Shown: positions 23,831-37,100 of the stretch, piece after piece
How positions within the stretch are numbered: position 1 is the stretch's first letter
How the letters are laid out: each line of letters opens with the position of its first letter
Translations under genes and position numbers: made by a program
Notes under the pieces: model-generated
Seen by the model: the letters and a program-made list of their open reading frames with translations, nothing else
What the model was told of the DNA's origin: nothing
Databases searched by the model: none
Assembly: GCF_001194135.2 (NCBI RefSeq)
Contig: NC_068983.1
Coordinates: 115,983,101-116,047,100 of the forward strand
Direction of reading: 5' to 3'
Length of the DNA stretch: 64,000 bases
Source: Octopus bimaculoides
Lineage: Eukaryota

Positions 23831-24433
23831 CGCGGAAGCCTTATTTTTCTTCAGTAAGCTTAGGCTTCACAGTTTTCCTAGCACAGACTTTACTGGGAAA
23901 AGCTGAAGATGGAGATTTCTTTGTANNNNNNNNNNNNNNNNNNNNNNNNNNNNNNNNNNNNNNNNNNNNNNNNNNNNNNNNNNNNNNNNNNNNNNNNNNN
24001 NNNNNNNNNNNNNNNNNNNNNNNNNNNNNNNNNNNNNNNNNNNNNNNNNNNNNNNNNNNNNNNNNNNNNNNNNNNNNNNNNNNNNNNNNNNNNNNNNNNN
24101 NNNNNNNNNNNNNNNNNNNNNNNNNNNNNNNNNNNNNNNNNNNNNNNNNNNNNNNNNNNNNNNNNNNNNNNNNNNNNNNNNNNNNNNNNNNNNNNNNNNN
24201 NNNNNNNNNNNNNNNNNNNNNNNNNNNNNNNNNNNNNNNNNNNNNNNNNNNNNNNNNNNNNNNNNNNNNNNNNNNNNNNNNNNNNNNNNNNNNNNNNNNN
24301 NNNNNNNNNNNNNNNNNNNNNNNNNNNNNNNNNNNNNTATAAAATCTTCCATTGTTGTTTAAAAAAATGTCGATGTGTGATTTCCTGTTAATGTAGTTTG
24401 CTATTATCCGGCTGTTATTGCTCTCTCTCTCTC

Positions 24434-24471
<38 letters not shown>

Positions 24472-24807
24472 ACACACACACACACCACTCTCTCTGATTC
24501 CTATGATTGTTCTTCAGACTATTCTGTCTCGTTCAGTTACAATGTGTAAATCGAGCCAACGAGAGAACCTCTGAATGGTCGGTCGAACCTAAATATCTCT
24601 CAAATTAAACCCTATCATCTTAAGAAAGGAAGGACAAATTGGACAATGTAGTCTTTGACATAAACCAAAAGAAAAACAAAACAGAGAGAGAGAGAAAGAG
24701 ACGGACAGACTCGCAGGCAGACAGACAGAGAGGGGGAAAGAGACCAGTAGATAGACATACGGAGAAAAAGGGAGGAGCCAACAGATCAACAGAAAGACAC
24801 AGACAGA

Positions 24808-24977
24808 TGGCTCAAAGGTTTCGTCTTAGCATCAGCTACACGAACACAAACGTCTTAGCATTCGACTAGGAATTTCACACCAAACAGAACTTGTTCCGTG
24901 ATTTCAAACTCCTGCAAGACCCTCCTCAGCATTCCTGCAGCATGCGATCATAGCCTTTACGCGATCTGCAAAACAGC
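24808..24977 (-). repeat. Second copy of a ~170-bp RTE segment (23595-23763)
   Basis: Near-identical sequence with a handful of substitutions. Confidence 0.9.
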
Positions 24978-25600
24978 GAATGAGAGCCATCGTTGAGAAA
25001 GCATCTACGTGATCACTCTACCTGCTAGAAATAGCAGCTAAATCTTATTCATGTCAGACTGAAATGTGAGCACAAATGAGATAGATATACAGAATAACGC
25101 AAACACACACACGCACATAAGAACTCACAAACATGAACACACAAACACACAAACACATCAATATGCAGAATACATACATACAAATGTACACACACACATA
25201 CATATATGCATTCGCACACACACACACATACATGCATACACACGTTCATGCATACATACATACATACATACATACATACATACATACATGTGTATGCGCA
25301 CACACACTGACCCACACACATGCGCACAAACAAACAAAAAGAATGCAGCTCGGATAATTGACAGAGTCAATGACTATTGAAAAGATTGCAAGACGCAACG
25401 AAAATTTTAGGAAAAAAATAAATAAGTAAATGAGTGCAAACTTTACTTGTGGATGTGTTAAATAATAAGGCACTAAAAGAGAATGACTCTCCCCAGATAC
25501 AACATTAAAAATAATTACTACTGTTGATTTGAACGATTAAACCTTTTAAAATGATGCCCGGGCGTGGCTGAAACGAGTAAAAAAAAGAATATATACATGG

Positions 25601-25995
25601 GGACAGGTGCGGCTATGTGGTAAGAAGCTTGCTTCCCAACCACCATGATTCCGGGTTCAGTCCCACTGCGAGGTACCATGGGCAAGTGTCTCCTACTATA
25701 GTCTCCGGCCGACCAAAGCCTTGTGGGTGGATTTGGTGGACAGATACTGAAAAAAGCGTGTCATATATATATATATATATTTGTGTGTCTGTGTGTCTGT
25801 CTATGCTTGTCCCCCCCCCCACTATCGCTTGACAACTGTGTTTAGGTCTCCGTAACCTAACGGTTCGGCAAAAGCGAATGACAGAATAAGTACTAGGCTT
25901 ACAAAGAATAAGCCTTGGGGTCGATTTCTTCGACTAAAGCCCTTTAAGGCGGTGCTCCAGCATGACCGCAGTAAAATTACTGAAACCGGTAAAAG
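25601..25995 (+). mobile_element. Full-length SINE family B with internal microsatellite
   Basis: Head gtggtaagaagcttgcttcccaacc...gggttcagtccc and tail ggtcgatttcttcgactaaa...gcggtgctccagcatg. Related pieces at 26005-26140(-), 31700-31825, 33050-33230, 43770-43925(-), 44055-44430 and 44880-45040(-). Confidence 0.9.
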
Positions 25996-27039
25996 AATAT
26001 ATAAGAAGCACTTCTGTACAGTTTCCAAATGGACCTGGACTGTAGGAGAAAACACTTGCCCAAGGCATCGCGAAGTGAGACTAAACTCCAAATCACGAGT
26101 TTACAAAGCAAACTTCTTAAATCCACGGCTATGCCAGCACCTGGCCATTTGGCTAAGATAATGGTTCGATTGTGTTCACACATAACTTCGATCAGAATTG
26201 CTGTCGAGTCAGAGATAATTAATTAACCTAGCAGTATTTCTTTCTGGTCCAGCTACTCATGCGAGGATTAGAACCTAGTTTTCCAAATTCCGCATCCACA
26301 TTGTTGTAATCACAATGGCAGGCCGTTATATACCCCAGCTACCTGTTGCATTCAGTGACACTCCCTGATGTTCGAACCAATTTTTTTATTAAATCCTTGG
26401 GTACAAATTATTCTCCTTCTTTTGTTCACATAGAAGTATTCTCCTTCCATTTAGCTATTCTATGTGATGCCACTAACTAGTTCCTCTTGAACAGAAATAT
26501 GCATAGATTGACTGACATAGAATTTGAACTCACATTCAGTGGCTAAGCTACACGTTACAGTTAATCAATGCGTTACATTTAATTCACGGGTTACATTTAA
26601 TTCACTTTCCTCACTGTCATGCGCCAAAAAAAAAATAATGAAAATCAAGAGCTTTAAGGTCCACGTTTATTCATGGTCGTGGGCTAAATTTTCTTTCCGT
26701 TTTAATGAAAAACTCTATTGTGATGTTCATGTCCGGTCAACTGAGGTTATCAAAACCCAATATTTGCACTAATGTTTCTTTTCTTTCGTTTTTTCCTCTT
26801 TTTCAGTTGTATTATCTTCTTGTATTCTTTACTTTTTCGCTCTTATTATCTTGGCTTTGTTCCACTTGGTTTGACACCTTTTCCCTACTAAAATGATCCG
26901 TCACGTTTGATTTTTCTGTCTCCCAGTAGAGTGCAACTTTACGATATTTCTTTTCACTACCACAGTTGCATAAGCTGGTTCAAGTGGAACGACCAGGTAG
27001 CATCACAAATAAGAGAAATAAGTAGGAGAATATCTTTTG

Positions 27040-27200
27040 TAGGGAGAGTAGAATGAGAACTATCTGCGCCCCGTAGATGTGATAAAAGAATCAGTTTGAA
27101 ATTTCAAGAAAGTTACCGAATGTGACAGGAACCTGAAGAAGGCCAGAGAGTACAGTAGCCGAAACATTGTGACTATAACAACTCAAATGAGGACATTAGT
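27040..27200 (+). mobile_element. Diverged relative of the family H tail with a hammerhead-like core
   Basis: agaatgagaac...ttgaaatttc...CTGAAGA(27133-39)-A-GGCCA-10nt-TAGCC-GAAAC-ATT...aaatgaggaca, colinear with family H. Confidence 0.6.
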
Positions 27201-28274
27201 GCGATTATATCGTCGACAATGTGACGTAGCATTCTGTCAGTTGACTCTCCGCCATTGAATCGTGCACTGTGTATTGAGTGGCTTCAGTCAAATCTCGTTC
27301 TCGATGCGAACCGATGCAAGTCCTTCCTCTTCTTCGAAATGCTTCGGTGCTGTGCTCGGGTATCTCCATCCATATTTGAACACTGCTTTTTGTGGGATTG
27401 ACTCCTCGGCTTATTCTGCATGATCCACAATGCCACAAGCTTCCATTCCGAATTTTGGATTTTTCTGTTTCTCATGAAATAATTTCTTTTCACTTGCCAA
27501 AGAATAAGAAGACATTTAATTATCAAAATAAATCTACATTTAAGAATCTTGTAAAGAACTTTAAATCTTGAGGTTTCGTTTTCTTTGTACAAATCAAGCT
27601 AAAAAACGTTTGAAATGTTCCATGTTTATTTTCAAATTATCTAACTAGCTTTCTATAATAAAAAAAAAAGAAAAAACTTTTAATTATATCTAATAGAGAT
27701 GTAGCCGACCGAGTCGATAAGGTCTCATACAAATGGCAAAAATAAATGCTTCATGTCCTTTGGTGACACAGTCACGTTCTCATCATACAAAAGACATTTA
27801 ATTCTCAGTAGTCCATTCTCTCTAGCTGTAATAAGAGGCTTTTACACGGTCACTCAGCCTAGTAGGATTAGTAGCCATATCTCCCATAAATAACATACTA
27901 TCGCCCTAATACTCTTGTACACAGATCTAAAAAAGGTTGTTTGGTCACGGCTGGAGCGTTGGTTGAATGATAAAAAGTTGATATAGAAAATATAAATAGT
28001 CCAGCATTTAGCTCAACACCGAGACTGAGGAATATTAAGAAGCAACGAATGACTCAACACAAAACAGACTATAATAATATCAGCGAAAAGGTTGAAGTAG
28101 CCCAACACAAACTTCACAAATAGACAGCAGGCAACACAAGGCACTAAAAGTGAGTCAATGAAAGAGCTAAGTATAGCAGCTGAATCTCACACAAATCACA
28201 CTCTACCACTGGAGAATGTAGTCTTCAGCGCACAATGTTTGGAAAAAGACAGAATGGTCGCGTTTAAATTGCTC

Positions 28275-28493
28275 ACACAACGGAAACATCTAAGTAGTCA
28301 CTCGATCTGCTTGAATTAACAATTAAATCGCCGTATTACACCTTACTGTCTTAAAAATGGAAGGACATATTGGCTAATGTAGTCTTAGATACACTATGCT
28401 TGAAAAGGAGTTGAGATAGCCACGGCCGGGTTGTTTTGATCATAAGTGTGATTAACCAGGGCTAACCTGAGAATAAGCAACAACAACAGCAAC
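28275..28493 (+). repeat. Dispersed ~220-bp repeat ending in (AAC)n
   Basis: Related pieces (ctgctagaaatagcagc, aaggacatattgg...atgtagtc) at about 6490, 6600, 20120, 21800, 24570, 25020, 27845 and 37120. Confidence 0.6.
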
Positions 28494-29028
28494 CATTTCT
28501 CTTTTTATCCACATCACCAAAGAAAATCAAATATAATCAACCTTCTATCAACAGAAATGTATCACGCGCGCGAGTACAATACTGTAAATTACTTACCCCA
28601 TCTCTAAAAGACGTTTACAAAATTCACGAAAACAAACTAGGCACAAAACACATTTAGAACTCTGACAAATATACACACACACACACACCGCACGTATGTG
28701 TATTCAAGATGAAGAAACAAGAACACTGATGTACAAAAACTATTTTAAATCCATCTTGTATTATCGTATCATCTCTGGGCTTCCCTGTACATTTTACTCC
28801 AAACTGCAATAAGCTCCAAAAAAACACGAAACAGTACGCTCCACATTATCAGAGACTGCACACAAATTACACTCTCAATCCACAGTCCAACAACATAACT
28901 TGTTGCAAACTCCAACCCTCAAGTTTTCCCTTTCCCTCCAAAAGAAAAAAACCTTCAAATATATCTAGAATAGTGTTTCTCAAAGGGGGTGGGGTTTTGG
29001 CTTCATAAGAAGAGCGGAAAAATTGTCA

Positions 29029-30023
29029 TCTATACTATATATAAAACAGACATGTGTGTGTAATCGCTTTTCACGTGAAATCGACTTCACCAAATGCTTC
29101 CATACTTGTGATGCGTGAATAATTTGACCTCGGATAAATCTTAGGCTCTTCATTTGATTTTTTTAATTAAAAATAAATAATATTGCTTTATATTTAAGAT
29201 TCACTTCTTTAAAAAGTTCCTCAATGTCAACTTCCGGTATTGACGTAACAANNNNNNNNNNNNNNNNNNNNNNNNNNNNNNNNNNNNNNNNNNNNNNNNN
29301 NNNNNNNNNNNNNNNNNNNNNNNNNNNNNNNNNNNNNNNNNNNNNNNNNNNNNNNNNNNNNNNNNNNNNNNNNNNNNNNNNNNNNNNNNNNNNNNNNNNN
29401 NNNNNNNNNNNNNNNNNNNNNNNNNNNNNNNNNNNNNNNNNNNNNNNNNNNNNNNNNNNNNNNNNNNNNNNNNNNNNNNNNNNNNNNNNNNNNNNNNNNN
29501 NNNNNNNNNNNNNNNNNNNNNNNNNNNNNNNNNNNNNNNNNNNNNNNNNNNNNNNNNNNNNNNNNNNNNNNNNNNNNNNNNNNNNNNNNNNNNNNNNNNN
29601 NNNNNNNNNNNNNNNNNNNNNNNNNNNNNNNNNCTCACACTCTGTCTCTTACAAACACACACATACATAAATGTATACAAACATATTTACAAAGACACAC
29701 GTGTGTATGCGCGCGCGCGTGCGTGCGTGCGTGGGGGTTCCACAATCGCCATTTATTTCAATTACTCTTGTGAGGATATTCACGTAAATCATTTTTTTCA
29801 TTTAATCCCCATTTTAATTTTCGTAAAAGTTTCCAAGTACCAATGAGGCTTTTTGGCACATCTTCAATTTTCCCCATTCATAAGAGGCGCCCAGCCATCA
29901 TTCATCTGAGAGTCCATCTACAGAATGTCCTCTCAAATTTCTATACAGCATATTTTGCCTTTTTTTTCTTCAAGTATATAAGCAACAATTTCATTCCCGA
30001 GCAACTCCGGGTGCCTCTGCTAG
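29029..30023 (+). mobile_element. Non-autonomous Helitron
   Basis: 5' end A|TCTATACTATATATAAAA; 3' hairpin CCCGAG-CAA-CTCCGGG followed by CTAG|T; inserted between A and T with no TSD; spans a gap. Confidence 0.75.
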
Positions 30024-31849
30024 TCTTAAATAAAATTAAGATAGTTTTAATTTTTAAACTTGTCCAGCGTCATGACTAAGAACTATACGGATGCAAATTC
30101 TGTGCTGTCCTCTTATTAATAAAGATGGCGCGGGGAGGGACAAAAATCTGTTATTAATATTTTTAAAAAGTGGGGATGGTTTGGTCGGTTTGAAAACCAC
30201 AGATGCAGAATGCATCCATGAAAGCACTAAAATCTTATCTTAAAAATACTATCCTTTTTAATCAGCTAATACAAACATAAAAATATATGCACGCAAAACT
30301 GTTCTGGGATGCACACACCACACTATTAAGTAGATGTGTTGAGGAACAACAACCCTTTCATAACCACCAGAACCTACTGGTATAAACGAATCAACCCGGG
30401 AAGCGTCAACGCGTTCTTTGAGCCTACTGGTAATAACAACCAAAATCTCTTAAATTACATCACAAAAGGACACGTTAGACCATCAGTCAATGTTTTAAAA
30501 ATCAACGTTGGAATGCGTTTGATCATCGCTAACCTAGAGCTAAACAACAACAAAAAAATAATAATAATGTTCATTCGAGAAGTAAGAGTGTATCACTTTG
30601 ACCACATTAGGTGAAAATAACGAACTAAAAAGAAGAAATGAACTTTTATCTCTTATCACAATATCAAAAGATTGTGTATTTTTAGAATGATCTATTGATT
30701 AGTGATAACTGTTGTAATTATCCATATTGTTCTACAAATTCTCTGTTCATAAAACAAACAATTGAACCACTAATTATAATTAACTTTACCTTTACTCCTT
30801 AAATTTCTTACTCAAATATAATATAATATAATATAATATAATATAATATAACATAATATAATATATATATATATATATATATNNNNNNNNNNNNNNNNNN
30901 NNNNNNNNNNNNNNNNNNNNNNNNNNNNNNNNNNNNNNNNNNNNNNNNNNNNNNNNNNNNNNNNNNNNNNNNNNNNNNNNNNNNNNNNNNNNNNNNNNNN
31001 NNNNNNNNNNNNNNNNNNNNNNNNNNNNNNNNNNNNNNNNNNNNNNNNNNNNNNNNNNNNNNNNNNNNNNNNNNNNNNNNNNNNNNNNNNNNNNNNNNNN
31101 NNNNNNNNNNNNNNNNNNNNNNNNNNNNNNNNNNNNNNNNNNNNNNNNNNNNNNNNNNNNNNNNNNNNNNNNNNNNNCTATCATCACTTTTCGTTTTCAT
31201 CAATTCTAACGCTGGTCTATAAAATGTCGCGCTGTCAAGAAGTGTATATTAAAGGAGTCTTATTCTGTCTTCTGCATAATTGAGAGAGGGACAAGGGTGG
31301 TGGTATTTGTCACATTCAGAACCACTGAGCAAAGCAAGCCCTGTGATTAAGCGTAAGGGAGGTGAAACAAGCTTTTATACTATACATTAATATATAAAAC
31401 AGGGCTTTTGTGTGTGTGTGTGTGTGTTTGTCTGTGTGTATGTGTGCGCGCGCGCATGTTCCTTTTGGTTTCAGAAACTGAGTTGCCGATTTCGACGTGT
31501 GAGGTATCTTTCAACTGCCGGGTAAATTATATTTTTTGTACAACTCTTTTTCTTTACAAAACTAACATCGAAAACGAGGTCGGGTTGCACGATTTTGAAG
31601 TCTTTAGCTAAGACAGGCAACTCTGCCTGAACAATCTTTATCAATACTCGATTTAAAAACAAATGTAAACACACACACACACATATTAGGTGCAAGAATG
31701 AGTACGAGGTTGAGAAGTTTGCTTCCCAACCAAGGTACCTCTGCATGGTACCTTGGGCAAGTGTTTTCTGCTATAGCCCTAGACCAACCACAGACTTGTG
31801 ACAGAATTTAGTAGACGGAAACTGCAGCATTGTTCATCAGAAAATTACT

Positions 31850-31982
31850 GAAAAACATGTTTATAAAAAAGAGTTGTTTGCTTCATATTCCTGGTGTGCC
31901 GATTCTGCCCATTAGAAAGGAACAAATAATACAATGTGGATGTAGGTTATAACACCGGAGCAACGCCGGGGTGCATTGATAG
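31850..31982 (+). mobile_element. Helitron 3' end fragment
   Basis: CACCGG-AGCAACG-CCGGGGTG hairpin, then ATAG|T (CTAG variant). Confidence 0.55.
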
Positions 31983-32660
31983 TATAAACTATGGATGGCT
32001 CGGTGTTGGTAAAAGAAAGGGAACGAAACATTACTAAAAAATGATAACATTTTCCGGGAGAAAAATGAGTTATCTTCCATGGATTGGTGTTTGTCTATTA
32101 CGCGTGCGCTTGTGTGTGTGTGCGTGTACCTATATGACGTCCCCTAGTGCAAAAATGGACACTCCCACGAATTTACACTTATTGAGTTTAGGAGAGTATC
32201 CGGGTCGTGTGAATTTTTTGGAATGATTCTTCTCTCCGTAAAGCTATGCTTGCAATGTCTACTTCCATTCAGATACGGCTCAGGCTGTTCCAGCAATTTT
32301 CCAGTTGATTAATGCGTTGCTTCCGCTTTTAATCACCAGTTATGATATAATAACCCCTAAACTTGAAGCCCTAAAACTTTGGGGCTAAATCGGTAATCAG
32401 TATTTTGACTACAAAATGTTAACCATTCAAAGTTTTGCACTATCTTATTTTACTTAAATAATGAATGTTATTAAGAAGGGCATGAACGCCACACAATCGC
32501 ACTGATTCATATCTCAAGTTCAGATCCAGACTATGGAAGCCAGAGAGAGAGGGGGGAAGAGTGGGGGAGGGGTAAAGTGTCTTGATTACTAGCTCATGAC
32601 ACATTCAGCTGGTCATTGGAGATAATGTCGTTTCTGATAATATTCTATTCGGCGGTACTC

Positions 32661-32718
<58 letters not shown>

Positions 32719-35289
32719 GCGTGCGTGTGCGTGCGTGTGCGTGATCGATACACTGATGACAAAGAGCATTATTTCAAGTGGTAACAGATACAAGTCTAAA
32801 CGAGTGTTTATCATAAAGAGATATCGACTGCAATATTAAAGGTTTAATCATTCGTTATCATTCGACAACGAAACTGTTTACTTAACTGTATATGCATACG
32901 CTCACACTTAAATTTACAGGTAGTATGCACACATACACACATTCACATGAACACACAATTATTTCTTGTATGTACGTACTTGTAATGTTTACTTACTATG
33001 TATACGAACCACACATACGTGTCTAAGTATGTATATGTGCGTGTGTGTATGGAAAGTGGTGTAAGAAGTCTGCTTCGCGACCACGAGGTTACGGTTTCAA
33101 TTCCACAGCGTGTTATACGTCGTGATATACAGCGTGGAATTATGGGCAGGCCCCATTACTGTAGCTTCAGATCATCCTAAGCCCTGCGAGTGAAATTTGT
33201 TCGACGGAAACTGTGTGGAAGCCTGCTGAATGGATTGTACCAGTAATTTAAGGTTCCAGCATCGTCTCACACTGTATGACATAAATTCTGCTTGAGAGTG
33301 ATGTAAAGGATATTCATGGATGTGGAATATTTGACCACTTCACGGTAATTCAATGAGTAGGTTGTTCAATTAATCAAAAACTGGACACTCGTGCATCGAA
33401 ATCAAAGGAAAAGATCATTTTATGTATGTGAGTGAGTGTGCGTGTGTGTGTGTGTTTGTGTGTATGTGTGTGTGTGTGTGTAAGAGAGAGAGGGAGAGAG
33501 AGAGATAGGGACAGAGAGACTTAAACATACTTGCATATTTTGCTTCGCTTACACTGACAAAACTAAATACCTTGTGATTCTTGGTTCGAATTCAGTCAGT
33601 GAATTATGTAACTCGGTTGATATGATAAAATATTTCCTCCATGCAAAATTTGAGACCTTGTTCCAAATTTGGAAAATAATATTTTATGGAACTGCTAACA
33701 TACTTAAATTATTCAACTGCTAACATACTTAATTATTCAAGTATAGCCTTGAATTTAATCAAGGTTATACTCGTATTGCATTGAGATCGACAAAGTCAAG
33801 GGACCCAACTCTAAATTCAATAGACAAAATATTAAGATGACGCAATAGAAACACAGTTAAAAGAGGAATTAAGTAATGAGAAGACGGTGGAATTGGCAGA
33901 ACACCATATAAAGTTTTTTGAGGCATTTACGCTCTGAGTTCAAATTCTGCAGGGTTTGTCATTTTTCTTTCAACCCTCTACGAGGTGGCAATAAACCAAG
34001 GTATCTGTTAAATATAGGAGTGGTTAAAAATACAGTACCAAAATTTTGAAGACTTGTTCAAATGTGAGAAATTATCATTCTTTTAGTTTTTAAGTCGGCT
34101 GAGTGATAACTTCGCTGTTTGACCAGAGCAGGAAATATTTTGTGGCATTCAATCGCGAATATTTACGTTTTAACCTCAAATCCCGCTATGGTCAAACTTT
34201 ACCTTGCAACTTTCTGGAGCCGACAGAGAAAAGATATTAATCAAACACTGTGATTAATTAAATGCACCCCTCCACATTTCCCCAAACTTTAATGCTTTCT
34301 TTTCGATTTTTTTTTTTTATATAATTCATTATTCTATTAGACTGGATTTTTTTTTTTACATTTTTACAGAACATTTTTTTATCTAACGTATGTGGAATGT
34401 TTAAAGAAAATTTTAATAAGATGTCGATGGCGTAAATAATATAGCAGCTACAAAATGGTTCCTAACGTTGGCACTCCTAACGAAGTCTTATTCTTTTACT
34501 TGTATGGTGGAGATCGTCGACGTTGTTGTCGTCGCCGTCGCCGTCGCCGTCGTCACCGTCATTGTCATCGTTTTCATCGTTTACATCGTCGCTGTTGTTG
34601 TTGTTCAACTCAAGCTCAGCTCTGATAAGTATACCTACGATCAAATGCATTCACACCAGATATGACTGGTACTAGAGTTACCAATACCATAACAATGAAA
34701 AATTAAATGAGAAATGGCAGTATTTGAACTTATGTAACTAAACAATAGTTACAACTTAATTTTTTTTTTTTTATAAATTGGTGAAAATAAGTAATAAAGC
34801 CACAAAATTTGAGGTTTGTCTATCGTTAATTAAGTCAGGTCTCATTACATGAGCAATATATGAATTATCTACACGATTCCCTAAAAAGGACTTGAAGTCG
34901 ATTATATTGGTTTCAGTATCAGCCACCCTGCATCCATAGAGGTGGCGTCTATTGTTGTGTAATCAGCTTATGATAGATTCACTATGACTCAAGCTCTCGA
35001 TTCAAATCCATAATAATGGCGACACAGAGTAATGGGAATCGGCGAAAGTAGTGAAAAAAATTGAGTGGTGGTTATTTAGGCGCGACTATCGTTTGTTTGA
35101 TTAAGAAGTTCACTTTGTAACCATCTATTCCGGTTCAGTCACACATTGAACAAGTTGTTTTCTACAATAATTTTGAGTTGACTAATGCCTAATGAGTGAA
35201 ACTGGTAGATGGAAACTAGAAGGAAGCTCGTTGTGTGTGTATATGCAAGTATGTATATATGCATGTGTATTCTCCCTGTCAGTGTTTAA

Positions 35290-35508
35290 CCTTTTGGAAT
35301 TTAAACCGGCCATATCTAACCCAGATATTGTATCTGTTATATTGTTCAGATTAACCAGATCTGTGCTCTCACACTTACTCCACAATATCATTTTAAGAAT
35401 AAACAGTTACATTATCGAATCTCAAAGCTACAAGATAATGCATGCTTAATTCAAACCAATGTGAATAAATAATCACTATATTTGACAGATAATCTGAATG
35501 CTAAAGGG
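35290..35508. mobile_element. piggyBac-type MITE
   Basis: TTAA at 35286-89 and 35509-12; termini CCTTTTGGAAT... and ...ATGCTAAAGGG are imperfect inverted repeats. Confidence 0.75.
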
Positions 35509-36859
35509 TTAACTCTATGCCTTGTAACACAATAGCTCAGTGTAAGATAGATGATGAAATATGTGCGAGTTCAGGCAAGTTTACAAACTACTTGTTGTAT
35601 TGCCCTTGTTAATGAATACACACATACCTATCAACAGAAATAACATTGGTGGAACATTCTTATCAAAACTTTCGCAAAGTGTAAGAAAAAAAGGCCTAAT
35701 ATCGTTTTGGGGGAGAAAAAACGAAGAATTATATGCAGTCATCGAGATCAGTTGGTTTGGAAGTTTGAAATTTTCTTTTTAAAAAATCACTGGAAAAAGA
35801 GAATATCTATGGACAACTGCTTCAAAAACTGCAGTTTCTCTACGCAGATTATATAAATTGACATGACCTTGTTACTAGATGTCTAAGTGGCAATCTCGAA
35901 AAGCTAGGATATTCAGACAAAGAAAACAACCAGCTAATGCACTTTGCAGATACCATCTCTAAGCGAAATGTGTGTGCGAGTGTGTACAAAACTTTCTAAG
36001 TTTAATGTGTAACATTTATTCACTTATTGTTTTCGCCATCCAAATTCCAGCGACAATTCTATTTCTTTTAATGCAACTCGTTTCTTATAGAAAGAATTCA
36101 AGCAATTGAAAAAGAAACGTACACGCATACGTACATACGTACATAAACATATGAACATTCATATATGGATTTACATAAACATACAAAACAAACATGTAAA
36201 AAAGGGTAAAATGCATTTTGTATTGTACGAGTCTTGTATGTGCTTTCGTTTGTGTGTATGTAGGTGTCCTTTTAGATATGATACAAAAAATTCCTACTAA
36301 AAATTTTCTGGAAAAGAATAAAATAATTTTTAGAATTAATATTTTTTATATTTTCGCCAAAGAAATTCAAAGAAAATTCGTACATTTGTGTCATTCACTT
36401 CATCTACACGTTGTTTATTTTAGTTATTTATTTCTGTCTGTGGTGTTTAACTTTGGAAGTAACTAGAAATTGTAATCATACGCCTGCAGGATGCATGCGT
36501 GCATAGATATGAATAAATATGCATGCATGCACAGATGGGAAATATGACTGAAGAACCATATAAACACATTTACCATTATTGAGAGAAATCAGGTCAAGCA
36601 TATGCATATGCAGTTATTTTGAGTAAAAGAAACAAACCAGCGCATATGCGGGGATTTTAAAAACAAAGTTCAATGTAAAAACACAGACCAACAGGAAACA
36701 ACACCCAAGAGACTTGGAAAGCAAAGACCGAACATTACATCATTATATTTAACAGACGTTCTAGCGAATCAGAAAAGAAAACTATACACAATTGCTCCAA
36801 CTATTAATAATAACAGCCAAATCTCCTTAAAATATATGTGACACACAGAAATAAATATT

Positions 36860-37100
36860 GATTTCAAATTTTGGCACAAAGCCAGCAACTTCCGGGAGGG
36901 GGCTGCTCAATTACATCGACTCCAGTGCTCAACTACTATTTAGTTTATCGACTCCGAAAGGATGAAAGGCAAAGTCGACTTCGGCGGAATTTGAATGCAG
37001 AACGTACTAGCTACGGCAGTACATATTCTAAAATTGGAATTTGAACGCAGAACGTAAAGACGGACGAAATGATGCTAATCATTTTGCCCAGCTCACTGCC
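36860..37100 (-). mobile_element. SINE family A carrying a secondary insertion
   Basis: Family A core, with a 21-bp duplication at 36986-37006 and 37036-37056. Confidence 0.85.
37004..37039 (+). pseudogene. U6: U6 snRNA 5' fragment (nt 1-36) retro-insertion
   Basis: GTACTAGCTACGGCAGTACATATTCTAAAATTGGAA matches recalled human U6 nt 1-36 at 31/36 positions, with an A-U for G-C covariation in the 5' stem and a UNCG loop; flanked by a 21-bp TSD. Confidence 0.85.
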
